DNA of 63,969 bases, the filler included, from Piptocephalis cylindrospora (taxonomy: Eukaryota), in assembly GCA_003614145.1 (NCBI GenBank). It is 11 parts of 11 records of this genome, joined end to end, with 100 filler letters (N's around TTAATTAATTAA, not from the genome) between each part and the next. Parts side by side here need not be neighbours in the genome. Positions count along the whole stretch, not along the records: positions 59,262 to 63,969 come from KZ988470.1; 10 more parts are not named here. One strand, given 5' to 3'. Made by a program: the position numbers and the translations under genes. Shown here piece by piece: positions 61,430-63,969 of the stretch (positions are counted from its first letter, which is position 1; the number at the start of each line of letters is the position of its first letter). A model generated the notes under the pieces. The model was not told where the DNA came from. It worked only from the letters and a program-made list of their open reading frames with translations, and searched no databases.

Positions 61430-62571
61430 ATGAGCGACGGTATGGCCTCGACACCGATTGTCCCGTCGACAATCAAAAACAAGATTAAGCGGGAGCAGGT
61501 GTATAACCGGCAGAAGAAGCAAAAGGCTGCGCTGGATAAGGAGATGAGGATGGAACGTCGGAAGCAGGAGCGGGCCGATCCAGAGCTTCGCAAGGTGAGC
61601 CTTGTGATGGGAGAGAAGGATAGTACTTTGCTCTTGACTTACACTGAACCGGTTGTAGCAACGACAAACCGAAAACATCCCTAGTACATTGGAAAATACC
61701 CGAGAGGCTGATGAGACGGTCATTACTGAGCCGGATAATGAGGTAAAATGGAAGGGAAAGGATGAACGGCGGTGTAGGATCAACACCACTGACATGCTGC
61801 CTTGCTGATGGGGCTCTTTAGGTGGCTGAGGATGAGACGACGGATGAATTTGCCTCTTATTACAATGGAGCAGCTCCCAAAATTGTCGTTACCACCAGTC
61901 CTCATGCGTCTAGGGTAAGCGAGACATCGTTTACTTCCTTCTCTTATGATCCATCTCATTAATCATCCATTCTTCGTGGACAATAGCCAACATTCGAGTT
62001 TGCCCATGAATTAGTGACGATCTTCCCAAACGCCGAGTTTGTGCGACGTGGAGCCAAGTTTGACATTGCGCAGATTGTCGAGTTCTGCAAGAACCGTGGA
62101 TACACGGATCTGATTGTGATCAATGAGGATAAGAAGATGCCAAATGCGCTTACAATTTGTCATTTGCCCGAGGGGCCTACAGCGCACTTTAAGCTAACAA
62201 GCATCCGGTCTGGCAAGGACATCCGGGGTCATGGTCGGGCGTCGGCGCACAAGCCCGAGCTGATCCTCAATAACTTGCACACGCGGTTGGGTCACACGGT
62301 GGGCCGGATGTTCTCGGCGCTCTTCCCTCAGGTCCCCGAATTCCAGGGACGACAGGCATGCACACTGCACAATCAGCGAGATTTTATCTTCTTTCGTCGT
62401 CATCGGTATGTCTTCCAGAATGCCAAGCGGGTGAATCTTCAGGAGATTGGGCCGCGTTTCACTCTAAAGCTCCGGTGGTTGCAAAAGGGTACATTTAACA
62501 CTCAGTCTGGGGAGTATGAATGGGTGTTTAAGCCGGAGCTCGAGACGAGCCGTCGTCGCTTCTTCCTTTGA
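61430..62571 (+). CDS. RPF1: Ribosome production factor 1 (Brix domain), multi-exon
   Basis: IKNKIKR, P.TLENTRE, HLPEGPTAHF, PELILNN, HNQRDFIFFR and LQEIGPRFTLKL motifs. Confidence 0.94.
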
Positions 62572-62841
62572 GGCATAGGTGTGGGGAGAGAGAGAGAGGG
62601 GGGGAGGGAGATGGTCATACGATGAGGATGATGATGATGTATACTGTACCAGGCAGGTTAAGATGCACTATGTGTGAGTATCCATGATCTATGTCTTTCT
62701 CTTTTAATCTGAACATGGACTACAGACAAAAGATGAGGATATGGAGGAAACGGGGAGTGTTACAGATGGGTAAGAGACAAGGACGAGGAAGAGAGGGGGA
62801 AGAGTGGTGACACTACAGATTACCCCTCATCTCACATAGCC

Positions 62842-63706
62842 TTAAGCTCTGCAATGATCCCAGCTGGGGAAGCCACAGGCAGCACAGATGATGCAATAGA
62901 TGCCCATGAGAGCGACAAAGGCAAGCATGATCATCAACTTGGCGTTCTTCCACCACATAGCCCTCTTGAGGGCAGTGGAGCGTTTACGGAAGGCAAAGGC
63001 GGCCTGGTTAAGGTTGTCAGTCTTGTCCACGAGAAGATCAATCCTCTCGCCACGTTCAAGAACCCGCTCGATGTTCTGGACCATCACCTCCTTGACCTGG
63101 TCGATTTCCCCCTGGACTCTACGAAAGTTATCAGATTCGGGATCATTGGAAAAGTAAATCATGCGGTCAGCGAGGACGCGGGCAAACTCATTGAGCCCAT
63201 AGGCCAAGGCAGCATCGGCCTCATGAGTCGTGTAGGTCTCGGTGAACCGGTGTTTAACATCCTCGAGGAATGCAAAAGGGATACGACGTCCTGTAAGGAA
63301 GAGGGTAAAGATGTGAGTGGAGGGAAAAGGAAGGAGAGGGATATGAGTTTGCCTACCAAAAGATTCGTCGGCCATGCACAGGTAAACAATGCCGCGCTCA
63401 CTGATATAGTGAAACAAGTAACTGTGGGAGGGAGGAAGTGTAAGTGAGATGGCCGCGCCTTCACCAGCCTGCCTGGAGATGAAGGTGAGATATGAACCAC
63501 CTACCGATCGTAAACATAGGTAAGTCGAGAGTCCCGAGAAGGGATCTTTTCCAAAATGGATTGGGTAACTAAAGGATGGAACAGGTTAGAGTGGGGCAGG
63601 GGTAAAGGTTAAGATTAAGCGTACCAGAGGCAAAGTTCCCGGTGGAAGTGCTATGCTCTGCCAGGATGAGGGGCCCACGAGCGACAAGAGCATAAATCAG
63701 GGACAT
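62842..63706 (-). CDS. VAMP7: Longin R-SNARE (VAMP7-like), 4 exons
   Basis: MSLIYALVARG...AEH...GNF longin start, GRRIPFAFL, VKEVMVQNIERVLERGERIDLL and a C-terminal TM helix. Confidence 0.92.
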
Positions 63707-63969
63707 GTCCGTGGAGTCTGACTATTCAAGGGATAGTAACGAGGTGTCGAGGAGGAGAGACGGAATGTACCGAGAAAGTAGGAGGATGTGGAGAAGAAAG
63801 GAGGATGGAGAGTATAGAGGCGCAGGAGCCGTGAGTCATGAGATGCAAGTAGGAGTTGTATGAGGACTGGGCTGGGCTGGCCCGCCCTTTTAAACTCACT
63901 CACTCTCTCACTTATCCCCACTTCGACCAGAAAGGGTGGCGATCCACTGACAGGGATGATTGGGTGGGG

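Noticed and set aside
1518..62571. Apparent cluster of ribosome-biogenesis genes (NOC2, RPL2, URB2, RPF1)
   Set aside because: They lie on different contigs concatenated by size, so the proximity is artificial.

Overview
Eukaryotic, most likely early-diverging fungal genomic DNA (short GT-AG introns, fungal-type proteins). The window is not one locus. It is 11 short contigs joined by 100-nt N-spacers carrying TTAATTAATTAA, and the complete ones shrink monotonically from 5843 to 5796 nt, so only within-contig adjacency is biological. Fragmentation and an inversion chimera suggest an amplified single-cell assembly; a Zoopagomycota mycoparasite such as Piptocephalis is a guess I cannot verify. 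Most genes are housekeeping: CaMK, NOC2, PUS1, PPR protein, NUS1, RPL2, HEM2, OGT, BCKDH E1-beta, RGP1, SERF, URB2, NEK kinase, RPF1, VAMP7, tRNA-Ser(AGA). Best leads: a secreted PL38-like glucuronan/alginate lyase; an alpha/beta-hydrolase plus Cys-phosphatase fusion; an ornithine-decarboxylase paralog with altered substrate and dimer residues; a ~65-bp dispersed element resembling a non-LTR retroelement 3' end (two copies, one with a 15-bp TSD); a 5.8-kb AT-rich gene-free contig; and a structured RPL2 5'UTR intron. I found no multi-gene novel system. Family assignments come from motif recognition, not database searches.
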